A stretch of DNA of 22,139 bases, taken from Tolypothrix carrinoi HA7290-LM1 (lineage in GTDB: Bacteria > Cyanobacteriota > Cyanobacteriia > Cyanobacteriales > Nostocaceae). Positions within the stretch are counted from its first letter, which is position 1, and each line of letters starts with the position of its first letter. Positions 8,673 to 17,612 of this stretch are shown here, in pieces. The stretch spans positions 1 through 22,139 of the forward strand of contig JAHHIK010000126.1 in the NCBI GenBank assembly GCA_019358935.1, read 5' to 3'. The notes below the pieces were generated by a model. It searched no databases, was not told the origin of the DNA, and saw nothing but the letters and a program-made list of their open reading frames with translations. Made by a program: the position numbers and the translations under genes.

Positions 8673-11600
8673 ATGCTTAATTCTGTAGTTAAATGGTCTA
8701 TTGCTCAACGTTGGTTAGTCGTCATTGCTTCTATAATTATTAGCCTGTGGGGCTTTCGCGTCCTCACCCAAATGCCACTAGACGTATTTCCCAACTTTGC
8801 TCCACCGCAAGTTGAAATTATGACCGAAGCCGAAGGACTTGCACCGGAGGAGGTCGAGTCCCTAGTTACTCGTCCGATCGAAAGTGCAATTAACGGAACC
8901 CCTGGACTTGAAGCATTACGTTCCTCCTCGGCTGTTGGTCTTTCGGCTGTGCGGGCAACCTTCAGTGGGGATACGGATATTTATCGCGCTCGTCAATTAG
9001 TCACCGAACGGTTGCAGCAAGCACGCAGCCAAATTCCGCAAGGTGTTAAAGAGCCAGAAATTCTGCCCGTTAGTTCCCCTCTGGGATGGACTGTTAAATA
9101 TGCTTTCACTTCCGATACTACACCCATCATGGAGGTGTGGCGTATCGTCAACTGGCAAGTAAAAAACCGTCTTTTGGCTGTCCCCGGTGTTAGTAATATC
9201 GTTGTCTTTGGTGGGGATGAGCGTCAGTACCAAGTGCTGGTTAACCCAGATCAACTCAAAGCATTTAATGTCACCCTGGCAGATGTCACCAAAGCTGCAC
9301 AAGCTGCTAATGCCAATGCACCGGGAGGATTTTTGATAACTCCCGACCAAGAAACGTTGGTGCGCGGGGTGGGAAGGATTGAATCTATTGAACAATTAAA
9401 AAAATCAGTAATTAAAGCTAAAAATGGCACACCTGTTTTATTAGAACAAGTTGCAGATGTACAAATTGGCGCAGCACTCAAACGCGGTGACGGTAGTTTT
9501 GGGGGTAAGAAAGCAGTTATTGTTACTGTGAACAAACAGCCAACTGCGGATACACCCAAGGTGACAAAAGCAGTTGAAACCGCAATAGAGGAGATAAAAG
9601 CTGGTTTACCCAAAGATGTCAAAATTACGACTACTTTCCGCCAAGAAGATTTTATCGAAGCCTCCATTAAGAATGTTGAGGAAGCTTTGCGCGATGGTAC
9701 TATTATCGTCTGCATCATCCTGATTTTATTTTTGATGAATTGGCGGACGGTAATTATTAGTTTAAGCGCCCTTCCGGTATCTTTGTTGCTGGGGATGATG
9801 ATTCTCAATTGGACGGGACAAGGTATTAACACCATGACTTTAGGGGGATTGGTGGTAGCGATTGGTTCGGTGGTGGATGATGCAATTGTGGATATGGAAA
9901 ACGTCTACCGTCGTTTGCGAGAAAACCAACTTGCAGGAAACCCCGTCCCACCGTTAGAAGTTGTTTTTAACGGTTCGGTAGAAGTGCGAGTAAGCGTGCT
10001 TTTTGCCACTATCATTATTGCCGTCGTTTTTGCACCAATTTTTGCCCTTTCTGGGGTAGAAGGGAAAATTTTTGCGCCGATGGGTTTAGCATATTTACTA
10101 TCAATTGCTGCTTCCACCTTGGTTGCGCTGACATTAACCCCAGCAATGTGTGCGTTGCTATTAGTAAATACAAAATTACCTAGTACGGAAACTTGGTTAG
10201 AGAAACAAACCCATAAACTTTACCGTCCAGCTTTGAAGTTTTCTCTGCGTCGTCCCAAAATTGTTTTAACAACAGCATTAGCTGGGTTTGTTGCGGCATT
10301 AGTAATTATGACGGGATTAGGGCAAGTATTTTTACCAGAATTTCAAGACCGATCGCTAGTAATTGCCGCAGTTCTCATGCCTGGGGAGTCGCTAGAAGCG
10401 ACAAATCAAGTTGGCTTGGCAATCGAGGAAGCTTTAAAGAACAATCCTGGAGTTGAAACGGCTCAATTGCGCTCTGGACGCGCTCAAGGAGATACTGAGG
10501 TAGCTGGTGTCAACTCTGCGGAATTGGACGTGCAACTTAGCGAAGAGGGAGCAAAGGATAGGGAAAAAACCATAGAAATAATCCGCAAAGAATTTGAGAG
10601 GATTCCCGGAGTTGTACCTAATATTGGTGGTTTTATTTCACACCGGATGGATGAAGTGTTATCAGGGGTAAGGAGTGCGATCGCAGTCAAAATCTTCGGT
10701 TCCGACTTGGAACAACTGCGTACCCTTGGCAAACAAGTACAGTCAGCAATGGGTCAAGTTCAGGGTTTAGCTGATTTGCAACTTGAACCGCAAGTACCAA
10801 TGAAACAGGTGCAAATTCAATTTGACCGCAATGCCGCAGCACGTTATGGTTTGACAATTAGTGAATTGTCGGAAGAGGTAGAGACTGCTCTCAATGGACG
10901 AGTTGTTTCTCAAGTATTAGAGCAGCAACAAACTTTTGATATGGTAGTTTGGTTGCAAGAAAAATATCGTAATAATATCGAAATTATCGCTAATTTGCTT
11001 ATTGATACCCCCAACGGACAAAAAATTCCTTTAGCTCAAGTTGCCAAAATTGATTATGGTACTGGTCCCAACACGATTAACCGCGAAAATGTCTCTAGAT
11101 ATATTGTTGTATCGAGCAACGTCGCTGGACGAGATTTAGGTTCTGTGATTAAAGAGATTAGGGAAAAAGTAAAGCAGCAGGTGCAGTTACCTCCTGGATA
11201 TTTTATTGAATATGGTGGTCAATTTGAAGCGCAAGAAGGAGCCACAAAAACTTTATTATTTGCGGGAATTTTAGCATTTTTCGCTATTGCAGTTATACTT
11301 TACTTTGCCGTAAAATCTATTCCTGCTACTATTATGATTTTAATTAACTTGCCTCTAGCATTAATTGGTGGCGTTATTTCTATTGCTTTAACTGGTGGCA
11401 TTATTTCAGTTGCATCAATGGTCGGATTTATTACTTTATTTGGAGTTGCAGCCAGAAACGGATTATTATTAGTTGAAAATTATAATGTTCGATTAGCGGA
11501 AGGGCAACCTTTACGGGAAGTTTTAATTGAAGGTTCGATGGAAAGATTAGTCGCAATTTTGATGACAGCTTTAGCTTCTGCGCTGGGTATGGTGCCTTTG

Positions 11601-11792
11601 GTAATTGGCAGCGGTGCAGGAAAAGAAATACTACAACCACTTGCGGTTGTAGTTTTGGGTGGATTATTTACATCTACCGCTTTAACGTTGCTGGTGCTTC
11701 CTGCTTTGTATATTCAGTTTGGTAAGTTTTTGGTTCCGAAAAAAACTCAACCAACTATCAATACTCAAATAGCCGCAGAACCCAGCTTTTAG
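8673..11792 (+). CDS. CusA/CzcA-family heavy-metal efflux RND permease, paralog 2
   Basis: 1039 aa, colinear with paralog 1; NTMTLGGLVVAIGSVVDDAIVDMEN, TINRENVSR, GFITLFGVAARNG, LQPLAVVVLGGLFTST. Confidence 0.95.
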   Translation: MLNSVVKWSIAQRWLVVIASIIISLWGFRVLTQMPLDVFPNFAPPQVEIMTEAEGLAPEEVESLVTRPIESAINGTPGLEALRSSSAVGLSAVRATFSGDTDIYRARQLVTERLQQARSQIPQGVKEPEILPVSSPLGWTVKYAFTSDTTPIMEVWRIVNWQVKNRLLAVPGVSNIVVFGGDERQYQVLVNPDQLKAFNVTLADVTKAAQAANANAPGGFLITPDQETLVRGVGRIESIEQLKKSVIKAKNGTPVLLEQVADVQIGAALKRGDGSFGGKKAVIVTVNKQPTADTPKVTKAVETAIEEIKAGLPKDVKITTTFRQEDFIEASIKNVEEALRDGTIIVCIILILFLMNWRTVIISLSALPVSLLLGMMILNWTGQGINTMTLGGLVVAIGSVVDDAIVDMENVYRRLRENQLAGNPVPPLEVVFNGSVEVRVSVLFATIIIAVVFAPIFALSGVEGKIFAPMGLAYLLSIAASTLVALTLTPAMCALLLVNTKLPSTETWLEKQTHKLYRPALKFSLRRPKIVLTTALAGFVAALVIMTGLGQVFLPEFQDRSLVIAAVLMPGESLEATNQVGLAIEEALKNNPGVETAQLRSGRAQGDTEVAGVNSAELDVQLSEEGAKDREKTIEIIRKEFERIPGVVPNIGGFISHRMDEVLSGVRSAIAVKIFGSDLEQLRTLGKQVQSAMGQVQGLADLQLEPQVPMKQVQIQFDRNAAARYGLTISELSEEVETALNGRVVSQVLEQQQTFDMVVWLQEKYRNNIEIIANLLIDTPNGQKIPLAQVAKIDYGTGPNTINRENVSRYIVVSSNVAGRDLGSVIKEIREKVKQQVQLPPGYFIEYGGQFEAQEGATKTLLFAGILAFFAIAVILYFAVKSIPATIMILINLPLALIGGVISIALTGGIISVASMVGFITLFGVAARNGLLLVENYNVRLAEGQPLREVLIEGSMERLVAILMTALASALGMVPLVIGSGAGKEILQPLAVVVLGGLFTSTALTLLVLPALYIQFGKFLVPKKTQPTINTQIAAEPSF

Positions 11793-11823
11793 TTGTTTAT
11801 TTACCAAATATCGAGGAGTGTAA

Positions 11824-12342
11824 ATGAAAGTTATCAAAAACAGCTTAATTGCTTTAGGTAGTGCCAGCTTACTTTTCTTAGGTGCTTGTAGCAGTGGTAA
11901 TCAAGCCGCTAATTCTGAAAGTACCACAGCAAGTTCAACTGCAGAAACAGCAGCTAAAACTGAAACGACTGCAAAAAATGGGGAGAAACATATTGAAGGA
12001 GATGGTCACGACCATTCCAAAGATAGTAAAGATGGTCATACTGGTCAAGTTATGCAGTCAGGAAAATATCATTTAGAGTTCAAACCTGATATCCAAAAAG
12101 AAGGCACTCATTTAGATGTTTTTGTACATGGTGAACAAGACAAGCAAATCACCGATGCCAAACTTACAGCCCAAATTCAGTTACCCGACGGCAATAATAA
12201 AACTTTACAGATTCCCTACAAAGCTGATGAAAAGCATTACGGTAATGTTCTAAAAGAAACATCAGCGGGAGATTATAAAGTTGTCCTTCAAACTGATATT
12301 AAAGGTGAAAAATTCAACGGTCGTTTTAACTTTAAACGATAA
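11824..12342 (+). CDS. His-rich lipoprotein, putative periplasmic metal-binding accessory protein
   Basis: GAGGAG RBS; lipobox LFLGA-C22; Ser/Thr/Ala linker; HIEGDGHDHSKDSKDGH; further His in YHLE, THLD, KHYG; starts 31 nt after pump 2. Confidence 0.8.
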   Translation: MKVIKNSLIALGSASLLFLGACSSGNQAANSESTTASSTAETAAKTETTAKNGEKHIEGDGHDHSKDSKDGHTGQVMQSGKYHLEFKPDIQKEGTHLDVFVHGEQDKQITDAKLTAQIQLPDGNNKTLQIPYKADEKHYGNVLKETSAGDYKVVLQTDIKGEKFNGRFNFKR

Positions 12343-12364
12343 ACATCAACATTGATGATTTTTG

Positions 12365-12391
12365 TAAGGTGCCCTACATTAGCGCACCTTA
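12365..12391. repeat. Intergenic hairpin TAAGGTGC-N11-GCACCTTA (degenerate REP-like repeat or RNA stem-loop)
   Basis: 8-bp perfect inverted repeat between the lipoprotein and CDF genes. Confidence 0.45.
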
Positions 12392-12415
12392 TCCAATTTA
12401 ACAAGTATCTACCTT

Positions 12416-13330
12416 ATGGCACACAGTCACAACCACGGACATCGCCACGAACCAACCAGTTACAAACGCGCATTCATAATTAGCGTAGCTCTTAATACTG
12501 GCTTTGTCATTATCGAGGCAGTTTATGGCATTTTTGCCAATTCCCTTGCCCTACTTGCAGATGCAGGACATAATCTCAGTGATGTTTTAGGTTTGCTACT
12601 CGCTTGGGGAGCCAGTATTCTTGCTCGTCGTCTCCCAACACCACGTCGTACCTATGGTTTACGTCGTTCCTCAATTTTGGCTGCGCTGTTAAACGCTATT
12701 CTACTACTTGTTGCTTCGGGCGCGATCGCTTGGGAAGCTATCCGCCGTTTTATCGAACCTAGCCCAGTATCAGGTGGTACAATTATCGGCGTTGCTGCAA
12801 TAGGTATTATTATTAACACCGTAAGCGCTTTGATGTTTATGTCTGGACGGGAAAACGACTTAAATATCAAGGGAGCATTTCTACATTTAGTTGCTGATGC
12901 GGTGGTATCTTTGGGTGCAGTCCTGGCTGGTATTGCCATTGTTACAACTGGTTGGTTGTGGTTTGACCCTGTTGTTAGCTTAATTATTGTTGTCGTGATT
13001 GTTGTCGGAACTTGGCAATTGTTGCAAGAGTCTGTCAACCTGGTTACAGATGCCGTACCAGCTGGAATTGAACCGCTGGCTGTCCGCACATACCTAACGG
13101 AACTTCCTGGTGTAACTGGTGTCCACGACTTACATATCTGGGGGATGAGTACCACAGAAACAGCACTTACCGTTCATTTAATAATGCCAAATGGACATCC
13201 AGGCGATGCTTTTTTAGTAGAAGTGAATAAAGAGCTTCACGACCATTTTAGTATTGAACATACCACAATTCAAATAGAGTTTGGTGACCCCAATTATCCT
13301 TGTGTTATAGCAAATGAAGATGTTGTTTAG
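12416..13330 (+). CDS. czcD: Cation diffusion facilitator (CzcD/ZitB-type Zn/Cd/Co exporter)
   Basis: His-rich N-terminus MAHSHNHGHRH; SLALLADAGHNLSD; TYGLRR; GAFLHLVAD; VHDLHIW; HTTIQIE; HxxxD in both TM2 and TM5. Confidence 0.92.
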   Translation: MAHSHNHGHRHEPTSYKRAFIISVALNTGFVIIEAVYGIFANSLALLADAGHNLSDVLGLLLAWGASILARRLPTPRRTYGLRRSSILAALLNAILLLVASGAIAWEAIRRFIEPSPVSGGTIIGVAAIGIIINTVSALMFMSGRENDLNIKGAFLHLVADAVVSLGAVLAGIAIVTTGWLWFDPVVSLIIVVVIVVGTWQLLQESVNLVTDAVPAGIEPLAVRTYLTELPGVTGVHDLHIWGMSTTETALTVHLIMPNGHPGDAFLVEVNKELHDHFSIEHTTIQIEFGDPNYPCVIANEDVV

Positions 13331-13383
13331 AGTATTTAAACTTAATCTTTTTGCTAGTGTTTATTATTTTTAGACTTTGGTCA

Positions 13384-13496
13384 GAGGATGTTAGAAAATT
13401 CAACAAGTATACTCGGAACTCCGCTTCCATTCCTCTCCACCACAAGGAGTTAGGTTTCCGAGGCTTTGGCGTTAATAATATTTTTCAAACATCCTC
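13384..13496. mobile_element. MITE (113 bp) with IS5-family-like terminal inverted repeats
   Basis: GAGGATGTTAGAAAA(13384-13398) and TTTTCAAACATCCTC(13482-13496), 14/15 match; flanks TCA/TCC; internal inverted repeat CTCGGAA(13412-13418)/TTCCGAG(13456-13462). Confidence 0.7.
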
Positions 13497-13800
13497 TCCT
13501 AAAGGCTACCTGTAAAACTTAGTAAAGCTACTATAAAATGTAAATTTTGGAGTTGCGATCGCATTTAAACACAATGCTATTGATGTACTTAAAAATTTAG
13601 CATAAAAAAGTAGTTTTACTGTTAGGTTAAATAATAATGAATATCGAAAAGCTAATGATTTAATTTATTATTAACAGCTTTTAATTAGTACTACGTAACA
13701 ATAAATTACCTCCCTCTAGTTCATTATAGTTGAGAATTATTTAAAATAAGATAAATATAAAGCAAATTTAATTATGATAATTTTTCGGGCATACTATCAA

Positions 13801-13834
13801 ATTTCATCCTAATTTCATCCCGCTCTGCCAAACT
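13801..13834 (+). promoter_or_regulatory. Direct-repeat box plus extended -10, copy 5, upstream of the DUF2808-rppA-rppB operon (autoregulatory position)
   Basis: ATTTCAT(13801-13807) ccta ATTTCAT(13812-13818), 7 nt, TG(13826-13827), c, CAAACT(13829-13834). Confidence 0.82.
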
Positions 13835-13907
13835 ATTAAATAAATGTGTTGTTCAGCCAAGAAGATGTTGATGGTTGATTTATTTAACTAGCTAGAGGAG
13901 TGTAGTA

Positions 13908-14393
13908 ATGAAGAAAGCTTTAATTTGTGCAGCAGCTTTCACCTTGACTGTAGCAGTTTCTATGCCAGGTACTTATGCCAATTCTACAAGAGAACCTGGT
14001 AATTTTCCTCGCATTGTTAGCTTATCAGAATTTCCCCAAGGTATAAAACACTGGCGAATTCTTAGACATACATTAAAGTTAGAAATTCCCCAACAAAGCA
14101 AGGCTGTTTCTCAACTAAACGTCGAAGCTCCAGAGAATATAGTTGTCAGGAATAATATTGATGTGTCTGACCAATCAGGTAAAAAGATTGATACAAAAAT
14201 TACTATTAATGACAAAAAAGTTACATTATTATTTACCGAACCAGTGGCTCCTGGAACTATGCTTACCATTGAGATGAATAATGTCAAAAAAACTAGAGTT
14301 ACTTCTGGAGAAAAACTATACAATATTTCGGCATTTTTAGTTGGAATAAATGCCGAATTACCAATTGGTGTGGTTCGACTACGTGTGAATTGA
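13908..14393 (+). CDS. Secreted DUF2808-like protein, paralog 1
   Basis: GAGGAG RBS; Sec signal MKKALICAAAFTLTVAVSMPGTYA; beta-rich; FTEPVAPGTMLTIEMNNV and LPIGVVRL resemble cyanobacterial DUF2808 proteins. Confidence 0.75.
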   Translation: MKKALICAAAFTLTVAVSMPGTYANSTREPGNFPRIVSLSEFPQGIKHWRILRHTLKLEIPQQSKAVSQLNVEAPENIVVRNNIDVSDQSGKKIDTKITINDKKVTLLFTEPVAPGTMLTIEMNNVKKTRVTSGEKLYNISAFLVGINAELPIGVVRLRVN

Positions 14394-14424
14394 TAAATAA
14401 ATTATAGAACTGTATCCGCTTGCT

Positions 14425-15126
14425 ATGAAAGTTTTACTAGTTGAAGACGAATTAGATTTGGGTGCATCAATTAAGCGAAAACTACATCAAGAAAAATATA
14501 TTGTTGACTGGGTTCAAGATGGAGAAGAAGCATGGAGTTATCTAGAAAGTAATTGGACGCAATACACATTAGGAATCTTTGATTGGTTGCTACCAGGATT
14601 ATCGGGTTTAGATTTGTGTAAACGTCTGCGGGTTCGCAATAATTCATTACCAGTGCTGATGCTGACAGCAAGAGATAGCATGGAAGATAAAGTTGCTGGG
14701 CTGGATGCTGGGGCTGATGATTATTTAGTAAAGCCGTTTGGAATGGTCGAATTGTTAGCAAGATTGCGTGCTTTACAACGACGTTATCCTAATTTTAAAG
14801 CACCGCAACTACAAGTAGGAAATCTAATTTTAGACTACGCTGCTTGTACTGTTTCGCGTCAGCAACCTAATGGTAATAAGCAGATAATTCATTTAAGCAA
14901 GAAGGAATTTCATCTACTAGAGTATTTGATGAATCGTCCCAATACAATTGTTACCCGCGACCAAATATTGAATCATCTTTACAGTTTTAGCGCGGAACGA
15001 GTTAGTAATGTAGTAGCGGCTCAGGTACGACTGTTGCGACGCAAATTATCAGAATATAATTGTGATGGGTTAATTGAAACTGTCCCCAGTATGGGTTATC
15101 GTTTTAATCCTGATGATGCAGATTAA
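14425..15126 (+). CDS. rppA: OmpR-family response regulator, RppA (NrsR/CopR-like)
   Basis: MKVLLVEDE, IFDWLLPGLSG, LMLTARD, GLDAGADDYLVKPF, winged-helix segment SNVVAAQVRLLRRKL characteristic of the cyanobacterial RppA/NrsR/CopR clade. Confidence 0.9.
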   Translation: MKVLLVEDELDLGASIKRKLHQEKYIVDWVQDGEEAWSYLESNWTQYTLGIFDWLLPGLSGLDLCKRLRVRNNSLPVLMLTARDSMEDKVAGLDAGADDYLVKPFGMVELLARLRALQRRYPNFKAPQLQVGNLILDYAACTVSRQQPNGNKQIIHLSKKEFHLLEYLMNRPNTIVTRDQILNHLYSFSAERVSNVVAAQVRLLRRKLSEYNCDGLIETVPSMGYRFNPDDAD

Positions 15127-16501
15127 ATTATTTAATAAAGCTCGTTGGCGACTTGCAGCTTGGTATGCAGCAGTTATGGGCTTAATTCTCATTCTCTGCG
15201 GTTTAGTTGTTTACCAGGTGATGATTCAAGCTTACTTAGTTTCTATCGACCGAGAACTGGAGTCTGTCACTGGCACATTGCACAATGTAATTGAACCAAG
15301 TTTAAAACAACCTAGTCGGTTGTCACCTGTTTTTCAGTCGGTTATACCCAATCTTTGTTTGCCTGACTCTGACTGTCCTAACCAAATCAAACCCAACTTC
15401 TATCAAATTTTACATTCAGAACACGGTATTTTTAGTAATGTCTACAAAGATAAACTGTATTACATCCGTTTTATTAATGCTTCGGGAAAGTTAATTGCTG
15501 TTGCTGGTTTTGAACCCAAAGAATTACCGCCAATTGTGCGAACAAATGTATGGCAAACAGTTAAAGATAAACAAGGCGATCGCTACAGTCAAAAGTCTTT
15601 AGCACTACATACTCAAGATAATCAAATTTGGGGCTATATACAAGTAGGTCGCAGTCTCAAAGAATTGGATAATCGTCTTGCTAGTTTAAAATTGATTGTG
15701 GGATTGGGATTGCCAATTTCCATACTTTTAGTTGGTGGTTCGAGTTGGTGGTTAGCAGGGTTAGCGATACGACCAATTGATAAGTCTTATAAACAAATGC
15801 AACAGTTTACTTCCGATGCTTCCCATGAATTACGCACACCACTCGCAGCAATTAATGCTACAGTAGAAACTATGCTTGATATGGAGTATCTCTCTGAACA
15901 GGAAGCGCGAGATACTCTAGCGTCTATTAAACGACAAAATAATCGACTTGCCGAACTAGTTCAGGATTTATTGCTGCTGTCTCGGTTGGAGCAAAAAACC
16001 CTAGCTACACAAAAAGAACTTTGCTGTCTGAATGTTTTAGTTAATGACCTAATTGAAGAATTTTCTGCTTTAGCTAGTGCTGCAAACTTACAACTGACAT
16101 CTTTAATGGAGTATCATCAACCCTTGTACGTGATGGGGGATGAAGACCAACTTTTGCGCGTACTTACTAATTTAATTGCGAATGCGATTCAATACACTCC
16201 CGCAGGTGGCTATATAAACGTCATCCTCAAACGCATCAATGGTAATGCGGTGATTGAAGTTCAAGATACAGGTATCGGGATAGCAGCACCAGATGTAAAG
16301 CGGATTTTTGACCGATTTTATCGCGTACATAGCGATCGCTCTCGCAGCACTGGTGGTTCGGGGTTAGGTTTAGCGATCGCGCAAGCAATTGTCCAAATGC
16401 ACCAGGGTAGTATAGAGGTACAAAGTCAACTAAATAAAGGTACTACCTTTATTGTTCGTTTACCTACGATAAGAACGCCAATTTCAGAGATTTCATCCTA
16501 A
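15113..16501 (+). CDS. rppB: Sensor histidine kinase, RppB (NrsS/CopS-like)
   Basis: KLFNKARWRLAAWYAAVMG; two TMs; H-box FTSDASHELRTPL; N-box NLIANAIQY; G-boxes DTGIGI and GSGLGLAIA; ATG 15113 or 15116 overlaps the end of rppA. Confidence 0.9.
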   Translation: MMQIKLFNKARWRLAAWYAAVMGLILILCGLVVYQVMIQAYLVSIDRELESVTGTLHNVIEPSLKQPSRLSPVFQSVIPNLCLPDSDCPNQIKPNFYQILHSEHGIFSNVYKDKLYYIRFINASGKLIAVAGFEPKELPPIVRTNVWQTVKDKQGDRYSQKSLALHTQDNQIWGYIQVGRSLKELDNRLASLKLIVGLGLPISILLVGGSSWWLAGLAIRPIDKSYKQMQQFTSDASHELRTPLAAINATVETMLDMEYLSEQEARDTLASIKRQNNRLAELVQDLLLLSRLEQKTLATQKELCCLNVLVNDLIEEFSALASAANLQLTSLMEYHQPLYVMGDEDQLLRVLTNLIANAIQYTPAGGYINVILKRINGNAVIEVQDTGIGIAAPDVKRIFDRFYRVHSDRSRSTGGSGLGLAIAQAIVQMHQGSIEVQSQLNKGTTFIVRLPTIRTPISEISS

Positions 16502-16523
16502 TTTTATTTGCTTAAACTAAAGT
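16490..16523 (+). promoter_or_regulatory. Direct-repeat box plus -10, copy 6, overlapping the rppB stop codon, upstream of the pxcA pseudogene
   Basis: ATTTCAT(16490-16496) ccta ATTTTAT(16501-16507), 10 nt, TAAAGT(16518-16523); lacks the TG extension but has the canonical first T of the -10. Confidence 0.65.
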
Positions 16524-16657
16524 CGTATTAAGGGGTTTATTACTACTGAGTACTAGTTTAATATTTACAAGCTTCTCGGCTTTATAATTTCCTTTCAGAC
16601 TTGGCTCTTGTACCTCTACAGTAAGACTAAAAGTCTCATTTATTCCGATTAACGAGA

Positions 16658-17473
16658 ATGAAATAAAACCCAAAATATAAAAAACCTGCTCTCATTCCCC
16701 GTTCTATTTTACGAATTTTAGAAAAGTTCAAGCACATATTAGAACCAGATCCAGAAGCACGGGTGATTGAAGAGTTTCGGGCTTCTCGTCAACGAACAGT
16801 TTCATCTATCCGTTCTCTGTTAATTCTGATTACAGTTCCTTTACTGGTGAACCAATTTTCAAAAATATTTTTCATTAACCCGTTGATAAATAAATTCTGG
16901 AAACAAGAGCAAGTAGAGATTTTTTTAAACTCCTCTCAGGAAGAAAAAGCGTTATCTGAATTAAAAAGGTTTGAGAAATAACTGCGGTTTGAAGTATTGT
17001 TAGAAACAACTCCATAATTTTCAACAAATATTGTAGAAAATAAATTGGAGGAAAAGGCTATTGCATTAGTTCATAAATATAAAACTAAAAGTACAAATGC
17101 AATTGCTAATCTTATTGCAGATATACTTTTATTATTAATGTTTATCTTATTATGTATCATTGGTAAACAACAAGTCACGATCCTAAAATTATTTGCTGAT
17201 GACCTTTTTTATGGGTTAAGTGACTCTGCCAAAGCTTTTTTAATTATTCTCTCAACAGACATATTTGTTGGCTATTACTCTCCTTATGGTTGGGAAATTG
17301 TGGTGGAAAACATCTTAAGTCATTTTGGTCTTCCAGAAAACAAAAGTCTTATTTCTCTATTTATTGCGACAGTACCAGTACTTATGGATACAATTTTCAA
17401 ATATTGGATTTTTCGCTATCTCAACCGCAGTTCTCCTTCAGCCGTGGCTACCTATCGTAACATGAATGAATAA
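16658..17473 (+). pseudogene. pxcA: CemA/PxcA-family proton-extrusion protein (short form) with three in-frame stops
   Basis: One 272-codon frame: MK*NPKYKKPALIPRSILRIL...FLNSSQEEKALSELKRFEK*LRFEVLLETTP*FSTN...YGLSDSAKAFLIILSTDIFVGYYSPYGWE...MDTIFKYWIFRYLNRSSPSAVATYRNMNE; TAA at 16664, 16979 and 17015. Confidence 0.88.
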
Positions 17474-17491
17474 TTCTCTCAAACTACCAAA

Positions 17492-17525
17492 ATTTCACCC
17501 AAATTTCATCGTGACCTGCCAAACT
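17492..17525 (+). promoter_or_regulatory. Direct-repeat box plus extended -10, copy 7, upstream of DUF2808 paralog 2
   Basis: ATTTCAC(17492-17498) ccaa ATTTCAT(17503-17509), 7 nt, TG(17517-17518), c, CAAACT(17520-17525). Confidence 0.78.
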
Positions 17526-17612
17526 TGTTAAAGAAAGCTTGATTTACTCCCGATGAATCCGCAATATAACTAGCCTTTCTTATTGAGATAGCTTAAAAAT
17601 TAAAAGGTTAAG

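Noticed and set aside
13731..13790. TGAGAATTATTTAAA and TGATAATTTTTC as Fur/Zur boxes
   Set aside because: Only one half-site matches the 7-1-7 dyad in each case, in extremely AT-rich DNA
8432..17017. All four premature stops (xisH, pxcA x3) are TAA, suggesting possible TAA recoding or readthrough
   Set aside because: Intact genes in the window (SulP, lipoprotein, rppA, rppB, ATPase) terminate at TAA at family-typical ends, and pxcA also lost conserved His residues; mutational decay is the simpler explanation
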